Assembly (NCBI RefSeq): GCF_009914755.1
Contig: NC_060931.1
Direction: 5' to 3' (one strand)
From: the human T2T-CHM13v2.0 reference genome, Homo sapiens
DNA length: 64,000 nt
The position numbers and the translations under genes are program-made. Shown here one piece after another: positions 1 through 46,939 of the stretch. Positions within the stretch are counted from its first letter, which is position 1. Every line of letters begins with the position of its first letter. The notes below the pieces were generated by a model. It was not told the origin of the DNA and made no database searches. It was given only the letters and a program-made list of their open reading frames with translations.

Positions 1-268
1 TGAAACCAGGAGGCAGAGGTTGTGGTGAGCCGAGATTGCGCCATTGCACTCCAGCCTGGGCAACAAGAGCGAAACTTTGTCTCAAAAAAAAAAAAAAAAA
101 AGAAGAAGAAGAAGAAGAGAAGAAAAATGGGTTTCTGTAGAAATAGAAAAATGGTTTCTGTGGAACTCGCCGGAATGACAAGAATACCCATTTCAATTTG
201 AACCTAGCTTTGTTTTCTGGCACAGGCTGGACTTGAAGATTGTAACCTAGAGACACTTACGTCATTAA

Positions 269-11129
<10,861 letters not shown>

Positions 11130-11838
11130 ACCTCTTCCCTCCTAGGGTAAATCAGCTTCTGTGTCAGGGATGCTGTGTGGTGTCCATCTGAACCCCCTGC
11201 ATACGCGTAGCTAATGTGATCTCCCCACTTTCACATAAGATGGTGGCCCTACCTTCAGGGAATGTGGGAGCCAGGTGGGAGCCTTCCCGGATATTTAAGC
11301 TAGAAGATTCTACAGGGAGATTCTCCTTGGATCAATATATGTCTCTCAGTCAAAGATGTAAAAGCACTTTTGCCTTAAAAAGAATGTTCTGTTTCTAAAT
11401 AGAGTCAACGTTGTCCTCCTCATTGGAATTCACTATGAGTCAGAATCATTAGACTGACTTTTTTTTTTCCATAGTAATAGTATTTTGCAGAGTCTCACAG
11501 AGCTGCAGATCTTTTGTTCATCTTGCAGAGTTAACAAGTCTGATCCTGTTAGTCCAGATTTCTTAAATTTGGCCAAGTTATAATAGGAGCAGTAGCTTGA
11601 GACCCGAAGTCAGGAAACTTTGACAATGGATTTTTTTTTTTAATCCAGAGACTTGTACTGGAATTTGCCTTACCCTGTCAGCTCATGGACTTAAGGTTTC
11701 ATCCCGCTTTATGAGTGCTTCTGAATCCAAGTCATTGTTACCTGAATTTGCAAATTAAGTTGTGATATTCGTGACTGTTAAATTCCTGTAATTAGATTAA
11801 CCTCTTTGCTTGCTTGTTTGTTTTCTCTCCTATTTTAG

Positions 11839-12983
11839 CTTAAAGTATCAGTGGTTGAGAAGAGCTTTTCGGACCTGTTACTACCCCAAGCTGTGTAATA
11901 TACTTGTATAACAGAAATACCTTCTATACAAACCTTTTTTTCTACTTTTAGATAGAAATGTCTACTTTTTCAGCAGTTCTGTGAATTAAAGAGCAGAGTG
12001 ACTGTGGGTCTGGAATGGCTGGTGTACTTGGGAATGTACTATCAGGATTTTACAGCAATGCTGGGAAATGACAGGGAAAATGACAGGAATGAATCTCACC
12101 AGATTTTTTATGTACTCAGCAGAGCCTTGAGTTACGGTGTTTATTTTCCAATCAAGTGAAGATATCTCCTACTTCTCCTACTGGAACATCTCAGCTTCTG
12201 CAGTGAAGAAAAATTCCTGTGATAGTTCAGTTCTTTAGTTTTTCTATTTGAAAAAAAAAAATCATTTAAATGATCCTTTGTTCACGGCTCTCCTTAATGA
12301 CTGAGTGAACAGTTCCTATCTGTATATTTGACTAAACCTTTTCCTAAGCTATCTCTCATGGTTCCTATGTTTTTTTATCATAATTAAAAGCAAAACCATC
12401 TGGATCACCTAACAGTCAGAGGTCAGTATCTCAGCGTGTGAATTATAGAGGAAATACAGAGAGAACCTCTTCCACTTTTACTTTTCGTCCAAATAAAATG
12501 CATGGTGTACCAGAAGTTGAAGATCGGGTTGAGGATTGGGGCTAGCTCGATGACACTAAGGCCCCAACATCGCGGGACCTGCTGTGGCGCGGATTCTTAG
12601 GAACGCTGTTCTAGCCGGCCCCCTCTCCAGGGGTCGCCGTGGCCGGCATTATTTCCTAGTTCTTCTTGTAACCCTGAGGTGCCAGCGCGGGGAGTGAGGA
12701 GGGGTCAGGGGGCTAAGGATGCAACCTCTGACGTTCTGCGCCTTCCTAGGAGAGTCTTACATGTGTTGAGATTTCACAAGCAATGCGAGTTGTAAAATAC
12801 CAGCTCTACAAGAAGCTAGGCTCTGTGACGGCATAGTTTTCAGTAGCTTTATCACAATATTCACAATGGAGAATTATATGACATGGTAGCAGAAATAGGC
12901 CCTTTTATGTGTTGCTTCTATTTTACCTCAAATTGTAGATATAGGGTAATCAATAAAATCCATCCATGCCTTTCACACACTAA
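11839..12983 (+). other. GTF2I: GTF2I terminal non-coding exon (3' UTR)
   Basis: Pyrimidine tract and tttag|CTTAAAG acceptor at 11838/11839; 1.1 kb free of repeats; ends about 25 nt after AATAAA (3' end approximate). Confidence 0.8.
12952..12957 (+). terminator. GTF2I: GTF2I distal polyadenylation signal AATAAA (a proximal AATAAA lies at 12492-12497)
   Basis: Canonical hexamer followed by a CA-rich cleavage region and T/GT-rich downstream sequence. Confidence 0.75.
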
Positions 12984-13690
12984 GTCATTGCTCTCTCGGC
13001 TGTTTTCATGGTCCTGTCTGGGGAAGCTTGGGGGTGGCTCGGCGTAGGTGGGACGCAGACCAAGGCCGAGGCTGGCGCTGGGCAGAGCCCGCCGGGCCTC
13101 CCGGGGACAGCGCCACTTGCGGTGTTTCTCAGACCGCTGCTGCCCATCTCCTCTGAGCGGGCCAGGGCCCCCACCCTTCCATCTGGGCCATGCCAGCTGT
13201 GTATGGAGAGCCGCTCACATACGACATTGGGTGCCAAAAGCCCCTGCCATCGAGAGCTCATGCAGCAGTCCCTCCTGCCTGAGCCCACACACTGACTCTG
13301 AGGCTCTTCTGTTCTCAGCGTGGTCCCTGCCTCTGCCGTGCCCTATCCGCGTGTGCCAGAAAGGGAAACTGATCTCATGATTCACCTGCCTGCTAACCTG
13401 GGAGGAGACTGCTTCTCTGATAGCATCTCACAGTTCTTTTAACATGTTCTTAAAATGTGTCCTGCCGCACCACCCTCAGCCACACCTCCCAGCACCCATC
13501 CTGGATAATCAGGGCCATGGCAAGGCTGCCGTTGGCAAAAGCCCAGCTCTGCCATGAATCTCCGTTCAGTTACTGGTTTCACACTCATTTGTGAGGTCAC
13601 AGACTTGCCAAGGATATTCATGATTCAATCCATTACAACAATTCTGTGTGTACATAACACATTTTTTCCTTTCTTTTTTTTTTTTCCTGA

Positions 13691-13828
<138 letters not shown>

Positions 13829-13917
13829 TGACTAATTTTTGTATTTTTAGTAGAGACGGGGTTTCAGCATGTTGGCCAGGCTGGTCTCAAAATCCTGGCC
13901 TCAGGTATATACACATA

Positions 13918-13922
<5 letters not shown>

Positions 13923-13962
<40 letters not shown>
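13923..13962. repeat. (AC)20 microsatellite
   Basis: Perfect dinucleotide run read directly. Confidence 0.97.
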
Positions 13963-13965
<3 letters not shown>

Positions 13966-14545
13966 AAGGATTTAAGCCAGGTGCTGTGGTGTACAACTGT
14001 AGTCCCAGCTACTAGGGAGGCTGAGGTGGGAGGATCACTTGAGCCACTGCAGTGATTACACCACTGCACTCCAGACTGGGTGACAGTGAGACCCTGTCTC
14101 TTAAAAGAAAAAAGAAGAGGCCTTAGCTGCCTGCATTAATTAATGAACAGGCAGTGTATTTCTGTTCTTTTTTTTTTTGAAGACGGAGTCTCACTCTGTT
14201 GCCCAGGCTGGAGTGCAGTGGCGCAATCTTGGCTCACTGTAACCTCCGCCTCCTGAGTTCGAGATTCTCCTGTCTCAGCCACCCCAGTAACTGTGATTAT
14301 GGCCACCTGCCACCACGCCCGGCTAATTTTTGTATTTTTAGTAGAGACGGGGTTTCCCCATGTCGGCCAAGCTGGTCTCGAACTCCCAACCTCAAGTGAT
14401 CCACCTGCCTCGGCCTCCCAAAGTGCTGGGATGACAGGTGTGAGCCACCAAACCCAGCCTCAGGCAGTGCATTTCTAAAAGGCAGATAGTGTGATTGTTC
14501 AGAGGGTGAAGGGGAAGTTAAACTTGTCCAGTAAAATCTTCGTTA

Positions 14546-15156
<611 letters not shown>

Positions 15157-16814
15157 TAGCCTGGATGGTCTCGATCTCCTGACCTCGTGATTTGCCCACC
15201 TCGGCCTCCGAAAGTGTTGGGATTACAGGCATGAGCCACCACACCCGGCCGCCTCCTGATTTCATAATAATTCAAGGGACAAACATAATTACTTCCCAGG
15301 TAAGGCAGTAGAGTGACTAAGAACAAATCCACTTCTGGACAGCCATTATATAGGGGACATTTTTATCAGAAAAACAGTAAAAGCAAGGAAATGTCTCCCT
15401 CCCAGGACTGTATGAATTAAACCCTGCCTGCTGATTGCCAAGTGACAACTCCCATTCCAAGCCCCTGGTCCTCAGTGGGGAGGAAACCAAAGCTTTGTCC
15501 CTGGAGGGAGGTCCTGCGGGAATGGCCAGGGACGCATCCGCTCTCAAATGCTAGAGCTGGCAGTTGTCATCTGCTCGTGAGAAGGTTTCGCCTTTGCCTG
15601 TCCCCACCCCCGTCCCTCCCAGGCCATCAGCGCACATCAGAGTTAGCACATTACATGATGCCTTAATCTTCTAATTGGTTTAAGTCAGCTGACATGTAAA
15701 GTGAGGTCTGGGAGACTGTTCTGGAACTGTATAGATGAGGACGTTGTTGCCCCAGTCTTATTCAGAAGCTTGAGGATGCAACTTGGACCTGGGTCTGTGG
15801 TCCCCTAGGACCTGAAACTCATATAGAGCCAGCTGCCAGTTCCATTTTGAAGTAGGTTGGTCTCTCTCTCTCTTTTTATTTTTTGAGACAGAGTTTCGCT
15901 CTTGTTGCCCAGGCTGGAGTGCAATGGCACGATCTCAGCTCACCGCAACCTCCACCTCCCAGTTCAAGCGATTCTCCTGCTTCAGCCTCCCGAGTAGCTG
16001 GGATTACAGGCATGTGCCACCACACCTGGCTAGTTTTGTATTTTTAGTAGAGATGGGGTTTCTCCATGTTGGTCAGGCTGGTCTGGAACTCCTGACCTCA
16101 AGCAATCCGCCCGCCCCAGCCTCCCAAAGTGCTGGGATAACAGGCATGAGCCCCTGTGCCTGGCTGTAGTTTGGTTTTTCTGAGCCTCCTCCTGGTTCCC
16201 ATTTCTGTTTTTTTGTTTTTGTTTTTGTTTTTTCTCCAAAGACCAAAAGTTCCACCAGAGAGGAAGATCGAGGGACCAGGCCTTTCTAGTTTCCACATTA
16301 CACTCTAAGTGCTGGTCTTAGTAAATTCAAGGCACCTGGTGGGCTTGACCATTCGGGGGCAGATAATTGTTACACACCAAAGGGGCATCTTTTGGAAAGT
16401 CACTGCCCAGTAACCACTTCCATCTTCTGGAAGGTCGCTGCTCATCTTCCTAAATGGAAGCCCCAGTTTCTGGACTTGGATGTGTTTTGAGGATCTGATG
16501 TTCTCCCAAAGTGCCTCAGTTTCCCTATGATGGGGAAAGAGGAAGGGGACGGATTTTAGGAATGGAGGTGACCTGGAGGCCGCTGTCCCTGTCCTTAGAC
16601 CTGCGAGTCCAGGGGGATGACCGCAAACAGGGCTGTGGGGCCTTTCTTTACTCTCAAAAGCATCACTTCCCCTGCCTGGAGTTCAGATCCTGCCTGGATC
16701 CACGGTGGGAAGGGAGCTCTGGCTCTCTGTACTTCACCCACGGCTGCCCACTCACCTGGCTCACAGGGCAGACTGGATGCAGCTTTCAGCCAGTTGTAGA
16801 AATCACAGGTCCCT

Positions 16815-17184
<370 letters not shown>

Positions 17185-17223
17185 TCATCCTGGGAACTGG
17201 GCTAAAAACCAAGCCCAGACTGA

Positions 17224-17687
<464 letters not shown>

Positions 17688-19636
17688 TGACTTCCTCCCC
17701 AGAAGCAATAGCAGGGCTTGCTGTGGCATCCGCTTCCTGCGGGGGCTCAAGGTTGCTCGTTCCTCAGGCTACATAAAGCAGTAAGGACCCACCCAGGAGG
17801 ACCCCTCCAGAGGTGTGAGGGCGATTTGGTGGACACAGGTAGGGCCAGCGACAGAGCAGAGGGCACACCTCCCAGAGCCCCAAATGCCACAGGCTGAGAA
17901 GGTCTAGCTCTAGCTGCATCCAAAGGACCTGTTGAACTCCTGTCCCGATTGACACTAAAACTGTCCCCTCCTGTATGGTGCCCACACCCTTCAGGGGAAA
18001 CCCCTGGATAAACAGCAGTCACTGCAGGTCTCCAAAAAGACAAGGCCGGAACAGGGAACCTGGGGTGCATGTTCAGGAAGCTGTGGCAAGTGTTGACACC
18101 ACAGCCCCAAGTTTCTTTTTCTGGCCCGCGGAAGATGAGCTTCAGTCCCATGGAGGTGACAAGGTTGTCCTCCTGCATGATGGGGCTCTGCGGTGCCTCT
18201 GCGCCTGGGTAACCCCTCACCGAGAAAGCCACGTCTACAGGTCCCACCTGTCTGCAGGTGTGCCGCCCCCAACTCCAGGCCTGTGTGACTTAGCGACTGT
18301 CCCAGATCTCTCCTGGGAAGTGGCGCAGGGGCCTGGCCCTCAGTGAGTCCCAGAGGGACCGCACCACCACTGACTTCACTGTGCTGCTTGGAGCTGGGGA
18401 GATGTGGAAACGGCCACTCCAGACCCAGTGACTGGCTGGTGCTTAGGATGTGATTTCCTCATTACTGAAATTTGTTTCAAGTGTACAGAAATCACCATCG
18501 GCCACGTGCAGTGGCTCACGCCTATAATCCCAGCACTTTGGGAGGCCGAGGCGGGCGGATCACCTGAGGTCAGGAGTTCGAGACCAGCCTGGCCAATATG
18601 GAGAAATCCTGTCTGTACTAAAAATACAAAAATTAGCCGGGTGTGGTAGCGGAAACCTGTAATCCCAGCTACTCAGGAGGCTGAGGCAGGAGAATTGCTT
18701 GAACCCAGGAGGTTGGAGGTTGCAGTGAGCCGAGACTGCGCCATTGCACTGCAGCCTGGGCAACGGAGTGAGACTTTGCCTCAAAAAAAAAAAAAAAAAT
18801 TTCACCAAAGCCCCTGGGGGTGGTGGTGCACTGCGGAGTTTATAGCCTTCCTGGGTGGCAGAGGGCAACTGGGCCCCTGAGCACAGAAGTGGGGCTCCCG
18901 CGGGGGTGGGGCTGGCTTGGAAGGTCCCCATTCCTGTGGTGCATATTTGATGAGGGCCCATGTCGTGCCTGGAGCTGGGCCAGAAGCCACAGTGCAGTGC
19001 AGTGGGGACAGACCCAGCCTGTCCATGGGCTTGGTTACTGTCAGCCTGGCCGTGTCAGGGAAGGCTTCCAGGCCACCCACACAGCTGCACCACACCCAGA
19101 CAAGCTCTCCAAGGGACATCATGAGACTGCTCCACTGTCAGAGCCCCGGGCCGGTGGTCCCAGCAACTTGGGGTGCCTGCTGTCCTTCATGTGACATTTT
19201 CTTCATTCAAAGCTCAATTTAAACAGCAAGAAGCCTCCCTGCCTCCTACCTGGCAATTTCCCTGCCCCGCACCTTGGAGGCAGCCCCTGCGCAGTTTGCA
19301 TCTGGTGATGGCCAACGTTTGCCACCCTAGTACTTGACCCTATTTAATCCTCACGGCAGCCCATGAAGTAGGTACAGTGGTCAGTGCCATTTCACAGATG
19401 AAAAGACAGAGGCTCAGGGAGCTTCAGCCACGTGCACAGCTCAGCCGTCAGCCTGCACGTCTCCCCACGGGGCCTGGGTCTCCGTCTGACTCCCCTAAGT
19501 CGAATGCCTGGGGCCTGGAGCCCATTCTCTTGTGTCCCTAGGCCAAGGGCTGGAGATCAGGTCTAGGGGAGAAGGGAATTCCCAGGGGTGTGGTTCAGGT
19601 GTGTCCTGGGACAGTCTCCCAAGGGCAGGTCCCTGA

Positions 19637-20038
<402 letters not shown>

Positions 20039-21258
20039 TAGGTACCTTGGGGCCCATCCTGCTGCCCTAGGCAGGAGGGAGAGCTGGTCCTGTGGGCTGG
20101 CCCAGGAGACGGTCACCCAGGGCTGTCCAAGGGGATGGATCCTGGCTGTCACTCGCTCAAGAAGAGGCAGCAGGAGAGGCTTAGGTTAGATCTGGGAAAG
20201 AACTGTCCCACCCAAAGGCTGATTTGCTCCAGTCCTGGGAACTGCTAGATTCCCTCTCCTGATAAAATGTCCCAGAGGGCACTGCGTGGGTCCCATGCCC
20301 TGACGCCAAGTCGCCTTTCTCCTGATATGGTACCCACTGGCCTGGCCTTGGGGATTTCCTGGTTAAAGAAATAGCGAGCTCAGCCCATCTGGGGAAAGCC
20401 AAGTGGCCTGAGGGCGGAGACGGTGACATTTGGAAAAAGGCCAGGACTGGCAGCTCAGACCTGGAAGCCCCCACTCCCTGCCAGCCTGGCTTGAGGTGAG
20501 AGCCTTCCTCATGAGCCCCCTACCCCCACTCATTCATTCATTCATTCATTCACATTGTTCAAGGGCAAGGCATGAGAGTACAACAGTTAAATCATGGGCC
20601 TGGGTCCAGACTGCCCAAGTTCAATCGCGGTTCTAGCCTGGCGCGATGGCTCATGCCTGTAATCCCAGCACTTTGGGAGGCTGAGGCAGGCAGATCACTT
20701 GAGGTCAGGAGTTCGAGACCAGCCTGGGCAACATGGTGAAACCCCATCTCTACAAAAAATACAAAAATTAGCCGGGCGTGGTGGCACGAGCCTGTAATCC
20801 CAGCTACTCGGGAGGCTGGCACAGAATTTCTTGAACCAGGGAGGCGGAGGTTACAGTGAGGCAGGATTGCGCCACTGCACTCCAGCCTGAGTGACACAGC
20901 AAGACTCTGTCTCAAAACAAAAACAAAACAAATCCCAGTTCTGCATATACCAGCTGTGGCAATCTGTTTTCCTCTCTGTTTTCCCATCTGTGAAGTGGGG
21001 AAAATTGTACCCACTCCCTGACAGCCTCCTTGTGAGGAGAAGATACGGTCATAAATAGAAAGCACCTAGAATAGTGCCTGACGTAGGGCAGGGCGGCGGG
21101 GTGCAGGGGGCCCTTCCTATTAGCACTCGGGACGTGGGGGAATTCTTGGGGCCCTGGTATTGTTCTAACACCCAGTGATGGTTCACCAGCTGTCTCCTTT
21201 ATAATAATTAGGTAAGAGATGTGGTTTTCTACATATTTCACAATACAAACATTTTTAG

Positions 21259-21645
<387 letters not shown>

Positions 21646-22040
21646 TAAAAAAATTATTTGGTACCTTGTTTCATCCATGCATTAAATTAAATCCTGGCCA
21701 GACACAGTGGCTTATGCCTGTAATCCCAGCATTTTGGGAGGCTGAGGTGGGAGGACCACTTGATACTGGAGCTTGAGACCAGGCCGAGCAGCATCTCGAG
21801 ACCCCGTCTCTACAAAAAAAAAATAATAATAATAATAATAATAAATAAAAAGTGGAAAAAATCCTATGTCATCCTGAAAAAAGGCTGTAAGCCTGCTTAC
21901 AGAGGTCATTACAAGGTCAAACTCAAGTTCGGAGCGCTTCCTGCCTCTGCTCATCCAACAAACTTGCTGGATACCTCCTGTCTGCAGAGCACTTTGAGGG
22001 AACATAACAGGGTCTTGGGAGGCCACAGGAGGAGAGTTGA

Positions 22041-22580
<540 letters not shown>

Positions 22581-23520
22581 TGACAGGGAAGATGAGAGAC
22601 AAATTGAGTGTCAGGGAAGGGGTGTTGATAGAAAAATTACAGGAGAGCACACAACTTTCAGCGGGTGAGCCCAGTGCCTGAGCTGCGGGACCACCCTACC
22701 AATGACCTTGAACTTATCTGACTGCAGCCTTGAACTCCTGAGCTCAAGGAGTCCTTCTGCCTCAGCCTCCTCCCAAGTAGCTGGGACTACTGGCACATGC
22801 CACCATGCCCAGCTAATTATTTTATTTATTTTATTTTATTTTATTTTATTTTATTTTATTTTGAGATGGAGTTTTGTCCTTGTTGCCCAGGCTGGAGTGC
22901 AATGGTGCAATCTCAGCTCGCCGCAACTTCTGCCTCCCAGGTGCAAGCGAATTCTCCTGCCTCAGCCTCCTGAGTAGCTGGGATTACAGGCATGTGCCAC
23001 CACGCCTGGCTAATTTTGTATTTTTAGTAGAGACGGGGTTTCACCATGTTGGCCACGCTGGTCTCGAACCCCTGACCTCAGGTGATCCACCTGCCTCGGC
23101 CTCCCAAAGTACTGAGATTACAGGCATGAGCCACCGCACCTGGCCCCACTTGTGGAACTAGCATCTATCTGGAGAGGAGGCAAACATCGCCCACCACCTC
23201 CCGCTCTCTCCTGTCACCACTGTCCCCACCATCATTCCAGAGGTCACCCTGGCTTCCAACACCACAGCCTGGCTTGGGCAGTTTTCAAGCCTCGTATAAA
23301 TGACATCCTCCAGAACATGTGCTCTGTGCCTGCCTTCCTTCCGTCAGTGATGTATCTGGAAGATTCCACTGTGTCGCCCTGTGGGACAGGTCCTTGTCAT
23401 TGCTGAGTAGATCCTGTTGCAAATGCCTATCTCTCTTCATGGAAAGATCCAAGATACACAGATGGAAATCATCATAGGAAGGGCTGGCAAGGCCGTTCAC
23501 ACCCAGGGCTGGGGACCTCA

Positions 23521-24037
<517 letters not shown>

Positions 24038-24152
24038 CTACTGGGGAGGCCAAGGCAGGAGGACTGCTTGAGCCCAGGAGTTGGAGGCTGCAGTGAGTTA
24101 TGACCAGGCAACTGCACTCCAGCCTGGGTGACAGATAGAGACCCTGTCTTTA

Positions 24153-24467
<315 letters not shown>

Positions 24468-24979
24468 TTAACGCCCAGCATGTCTTGGCTTTCATCTGCC
24501 AGACCTCAACCCTCACCCCCAGGAGATCAGGTCCGGACCATGAGCTGACCCTGGACTCAGGCAAGGGTGAGTTGGTGCAGCCCTGGCCTGCTGGGAGGCA
24601 CAGGCTGCAGCAGGCTGCCTGGGGCTGAGGCCCGCCACTCATGAACTCATGACCTTGAATGAGCTCCAAAAGCTCTGGGCCTCCCAGGCTCTAGGGGGAG
24701 TGGGAGAGAGAGGCCTCAGCCTGTCCCTGGGCATGCTGCCCCCTCCTCACCTCTTTGTCCCAAATCCCCTTCCTGGCAAAGCTGACAGTCTTAATATCAC
24801 TCTGGAGAAAACTGAGTCAGCCCTAAGGAACAATTCAATGAACCATTTGCTTACTTGAGGATTGGAACTCAAGTCTCACTCAAAGTCTGTGCCATTTTCG
24901 TCCCAGCTGTCACTGGCCCTCATCCACACACACCCAAGGATGAGCATCTAACGCTTGCATGCACACTCCCATGCCCGCG

Positions 24980-25190
24980 TTCATTCACTCATTCATTCAT
25001 TCATTCACTCATTCATTGACTCATTCATTCATTCACTCACTCATTCATTCACTCAGTGAATGTTGCAGTCACGATCCAAATATTTATGGCCTCTGTGTGC
25101 CAGGCACTAGATGGAGGGGCTGGGGCTAGAGCCCCTGATAACCCGGTCATGCCCTAGCTTTCCTGGGACACACATTGTGGTAAGGGGAGA
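24980..25190 (-). mobile_element. L2 3' end with expanded (TCAT/TCAC)n tail
   Basis: (CATT)n-like array at 24980-25052 followed by CAAATATTTAT...TGTGCCAGGCACT. Confidence 0.7.
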
Positions 25191-25328
25191 CTAAAAAAAT
25201 TAAGTCAGGCCAGGCACGGTGGCTCATGCCTGAATCCCAGCACTTTGGGAGGCCGAGGCGAGTGAATTACCTGAGGTCAGGAGTTCAAGACCAGCCTGGC
25301 CAACATGGAGAAACCCAGTCTCTAATTA

Positions 25329-25936
<608 letters not shown>

Positions 25937-26250
25937 TTATGGAGGGAAGATGGTGAATGGGGGGAACATGGTCAAGACCAGGAATATGGTCAAGGGGGGA
26001 AAGATGGTCAAGGGGACGCAGCAAATGCAAAGGCCCTGAGGCAGGAGCAGCTTGATTCACCCCCAAAACCCGTGGGGCCCGTGCAGGCGACGGGAAGGAC
26101 AAGTGTAAACCCTTTTCCTTGTCCCTGCAGGTGTGTGTGAACATGAGTCTGCCCATGTTTACACCCTGCAAGCCTGAAGAGTCCCCAGAAACTGAAAGAA
26201 GAAGCAAAGCCCTTTCTGTACCCTCCCTGCCCCCTGTCCCGACCGCGACA

Positions 26251-26300
26251 AAAGCGACTTCCTCTTTCCAGTGCATTTAAGGCGCAGCCTGGAAGTGCCA
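26251..26300 (+). promoter_or_regulatory. NCF1: NCF1 proximal myeloid promoter with PU.1/ETS site (TTCCTC at 26259-26264, GAGGAA on the - strand) and a second ETS core GGAAGT at 26291-26296
   Basis: AAAAGCGACTTCCTCTTTCC about 60 nt upstream of the ATG; PU.1 dependence of the p47phox promoter is established; no canonical TATA box (only CATTTAA at 26274-26280). Confidence 0.8.
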
Positions 26301-26324
26301 GGGAGCACTGGAGGCCACCCAGTC

Positions 26325-41476
<15,152 letters not shown>

Positions 41477-41609
41477 GGCTGGAGCGCAGTCCCCAGCTAG
41501 CGTCTCGGCCCTTGCCGCCCCGTGCCTGTATATACGTGTTCTATAGAGCCTGGCGTCTGGACGCCGAGGGCAGCCCCGACCCCTGTCCAGCGCGGCTCCC
41601 GCCACCCTC

Positions 41610-41615
41610 AATAAA
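41610..41615 (+). terminator. NCF1: NCF1 polyadenylation signal AATAAA
   Basis: First canonical hexamer, about 134 nt after the stop. Confidence 0.85.
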
Positions 41616-41983
41616 TGTTGCTTGGAGTGGACCGAGGCTCTGCAGGAATGCAGGGAGGGCCGGGCTCCGCCCCAGGGTTATTTCTAAGTTGAGGACAGGA
41701 GGTTGTGAGTTCTGCTGGGGGGAAGTTGCAAGAGCCGAGGTCTGGTTGCATGTTGCCCTGGTCTTGGCCAAGAACAGGTTTGCACAAGGCCAAGTTCAAG
41801 AGGAACTCCCGGTTTCCTGCTGACCGTTTGGTCAGAAACCACCTGCTTGGACTCTGGCGGAAGAGTGCTGAAGATGGGTGCACACAGTGCAGCAGGGCAG
41901 CCCTGTCTCATGACAGGAGACAGGCTGCCGTCCAGGGTGTAGGAGTGACCTCATAGCTGGGATAAAAAATATATTATAACTTA

Positions 41984-42451
<468 letters not shown>

Positions 42452-42938
42452 GTAACTTAGGTGCAGGGTGTCCTCTGTTATTCACTGAGACCGTGCCCCG
42501 GTTATGAGGTTGTACCAGAAAGCAAGTATTCACTATGCACACTATTCACCGCTCACCCTAGCATTGAAGCCAGCCTGTAGCCTGAAAGCCTTTGCTTTGA
42601 GGGCAGGTCTTTCCCCAAAATGCAGACACGAAGGTGCAAAGTGAAGCTGCCAGTCTTGCAAAAGATGTAACTTGTCACGAAGGCCACGAGTGGCAGGGAG
42701 AGCTGTCCCACATTTGCGGAAGTGGCTATGTGAGGACGGGGGAGGCGGGTCCCTTAGAGATAAGAGACAATCATAAGGGGAGATATCAGAGAAAATCGTA
42801 AGGGGAGCAGATGGTTGTCAAGAGAATAGGCTGACCATCGAAGGACTGGCAGAAGCTTTCAGAAAACCACTGGACGGCTGGGCACAGTGGCTTAGGCCTG
42901 TAATCCCAGCACTTTGGGAGGCTGACGCGGGTGAATCA

Positions 42939-43620
<682 letters not shown>

Positions 43621-43811
43621 TTAAGGCCAGCCACAATGTTTCACGCCTGTAATCCCAGCACTTTGGGAGGCCGAGGCAGGCGGATGACTTGAGGCCAGGA
43701 GTTCGAGACCAGCTTGGCCAACATGGTGAAAGCTTGTCTCTGCTAAAAATACAACAACAACAACAAAATTAGCCGGGTGTGGTGGTACACGTCTGTAATC
43801 CCAGGTACTCA

Positions 43812-43982
<171 letters not shown>

Positions 43983-44330
43983 TTATTTTCATGATTGTTT
44001 CATTTTTTTCCAAGCTGAGGTCCTGACCAAATGTTTCCCCGTGGTTTTTGTATATTTCTGATCCCCTTAAAGTGGCCCTTGCAGCGTGCTGGGGAGGAGG
44101 CCTCTCGGTGGGTGGGTGATTGGGAAGCCACGCCCACAGGGAAGGGAGAAAAAAACTGAAGTTGCCTGCTCTAAGGGCTGCACCTCTGTTTAGCCAACAA
44201 TTTTCTTGAGGCCAGTCATAGTGCTGGGCTCATTCCATCATCTCCAGTTCTGAGACCAACACTGTCTGGTAGGTGTTTTATGGATGAGGAAACCAAAGCT
44301 CATAAAATTAATTAAGTGGTTTGCTTATGA

Positions 44331-44602
<272 letters not shown>

Positions 44603-44729
44603 TGAACTCCTGACCTCAGGTAATCCGCCTGCCTTGGCCTTCCAAAGTGGTGGGATTACAGGCATGAGCCACTGCGGCTGGCCCAGGCTTTTCTTTTTGA
44701 TTCTAAGGCCTTCCAGATCCAGTACTTTA

Positions 44730-45401
<672 letters not shown>

Positions 45402-45801
45402 TCAGTCATTCCCACAGTCTCAACTCAGTCCTATGAGTGACAGTGCATGTCAGTGGCCATCATATCTCAAGCCATCCTGGTCCCAACACACATTCCTGGG
45501 GCCTTGGGAATTGATTCAAAGCAGAACAGCTTCATGAATGGTCCGGCCAACAGGAGGCAGCCTAGGCTGAGCCCTACTGTCCCCTCCCTATCATCTGATT
45601 GGTGGACCACCAGGGAGCCACACACATGACAGATGATGAGGGCAGAGGCTGCATGACAGATACCTGCTGGGTCTCCATGTCAGGCACAGTGGCTGCTTAG
45701 GAATGAAGCACATGGGCCAGGTGTCGTGGCTCACACCTGTGATCCCAGCACTTTGGGAGGCCAAGGCGGGTGGATCACTTGAGGTCAGGGGTTCAAGATC
45801 A

Positions 45802-46095
<294 letters not shown>

Positions 46096-46711
46096 TTAGC
46101 CACTCTGAGCTTCAGCTTCCCGTCTATGAAAGGGGGCTGCTCTGGTCCTGCTGCTCGGCCACACCTCTGATATGTGGTGTGAACGAGTGCTCACTTCCAC
46201 CAAGACCTGGACTCCCCTCCAACTCCCGTTATAAACCAGCCTATCTGGGATTCCTTCTCCAAAAGAGCGCTGAGCTTGCCAGAGCCAGCTGTACCTGAAG
46301 TCAACGACAGGAACTGCCTGGAGTGGGGTCATTTCCCTGTGTCTAAGGATAGGCACCTGGGCTCCAACTGGGCTCCTGGCCTGGGGGTTGCTCTCTCTCT
46401 CCTGCACCCCCTGTCATTTTTATCAAAGTCCTATTCTCCATTGCTTCCTGAGTGGGTCATTAGGTGGAGATCCACAGCCTTCCTCCACGCTGGTCGCGTG
46501 AATTCCCCCAATCTGGAAAGTATTCACAATTTTGTGTCACTAATTCCAGTGACTAATAGAGATCACACACACACACACCTTCAAATGACAACCTGCCAGG
46601 AGAAAAATGCTATAAAGGGAAAGATATCACTTTGGGAAGCTGAGGCGAGTAGATCGCTTGAGCCTGGAAGTTTGAGACCAGCCTGGGCAACAAAGGGAGA
46701 CCCTGTCTCTA

Positions 46712-46939
<228 letters not shown>

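Noticed and set aside
24980-25052. TCAT/TCAC array as a regulatory or CRISPR-like repeat
   Set aside because: No spacers; it is the expanded tail of an L2 element. No CRISPR array, tRNA or rRNA gene was seen anywhere in the window.
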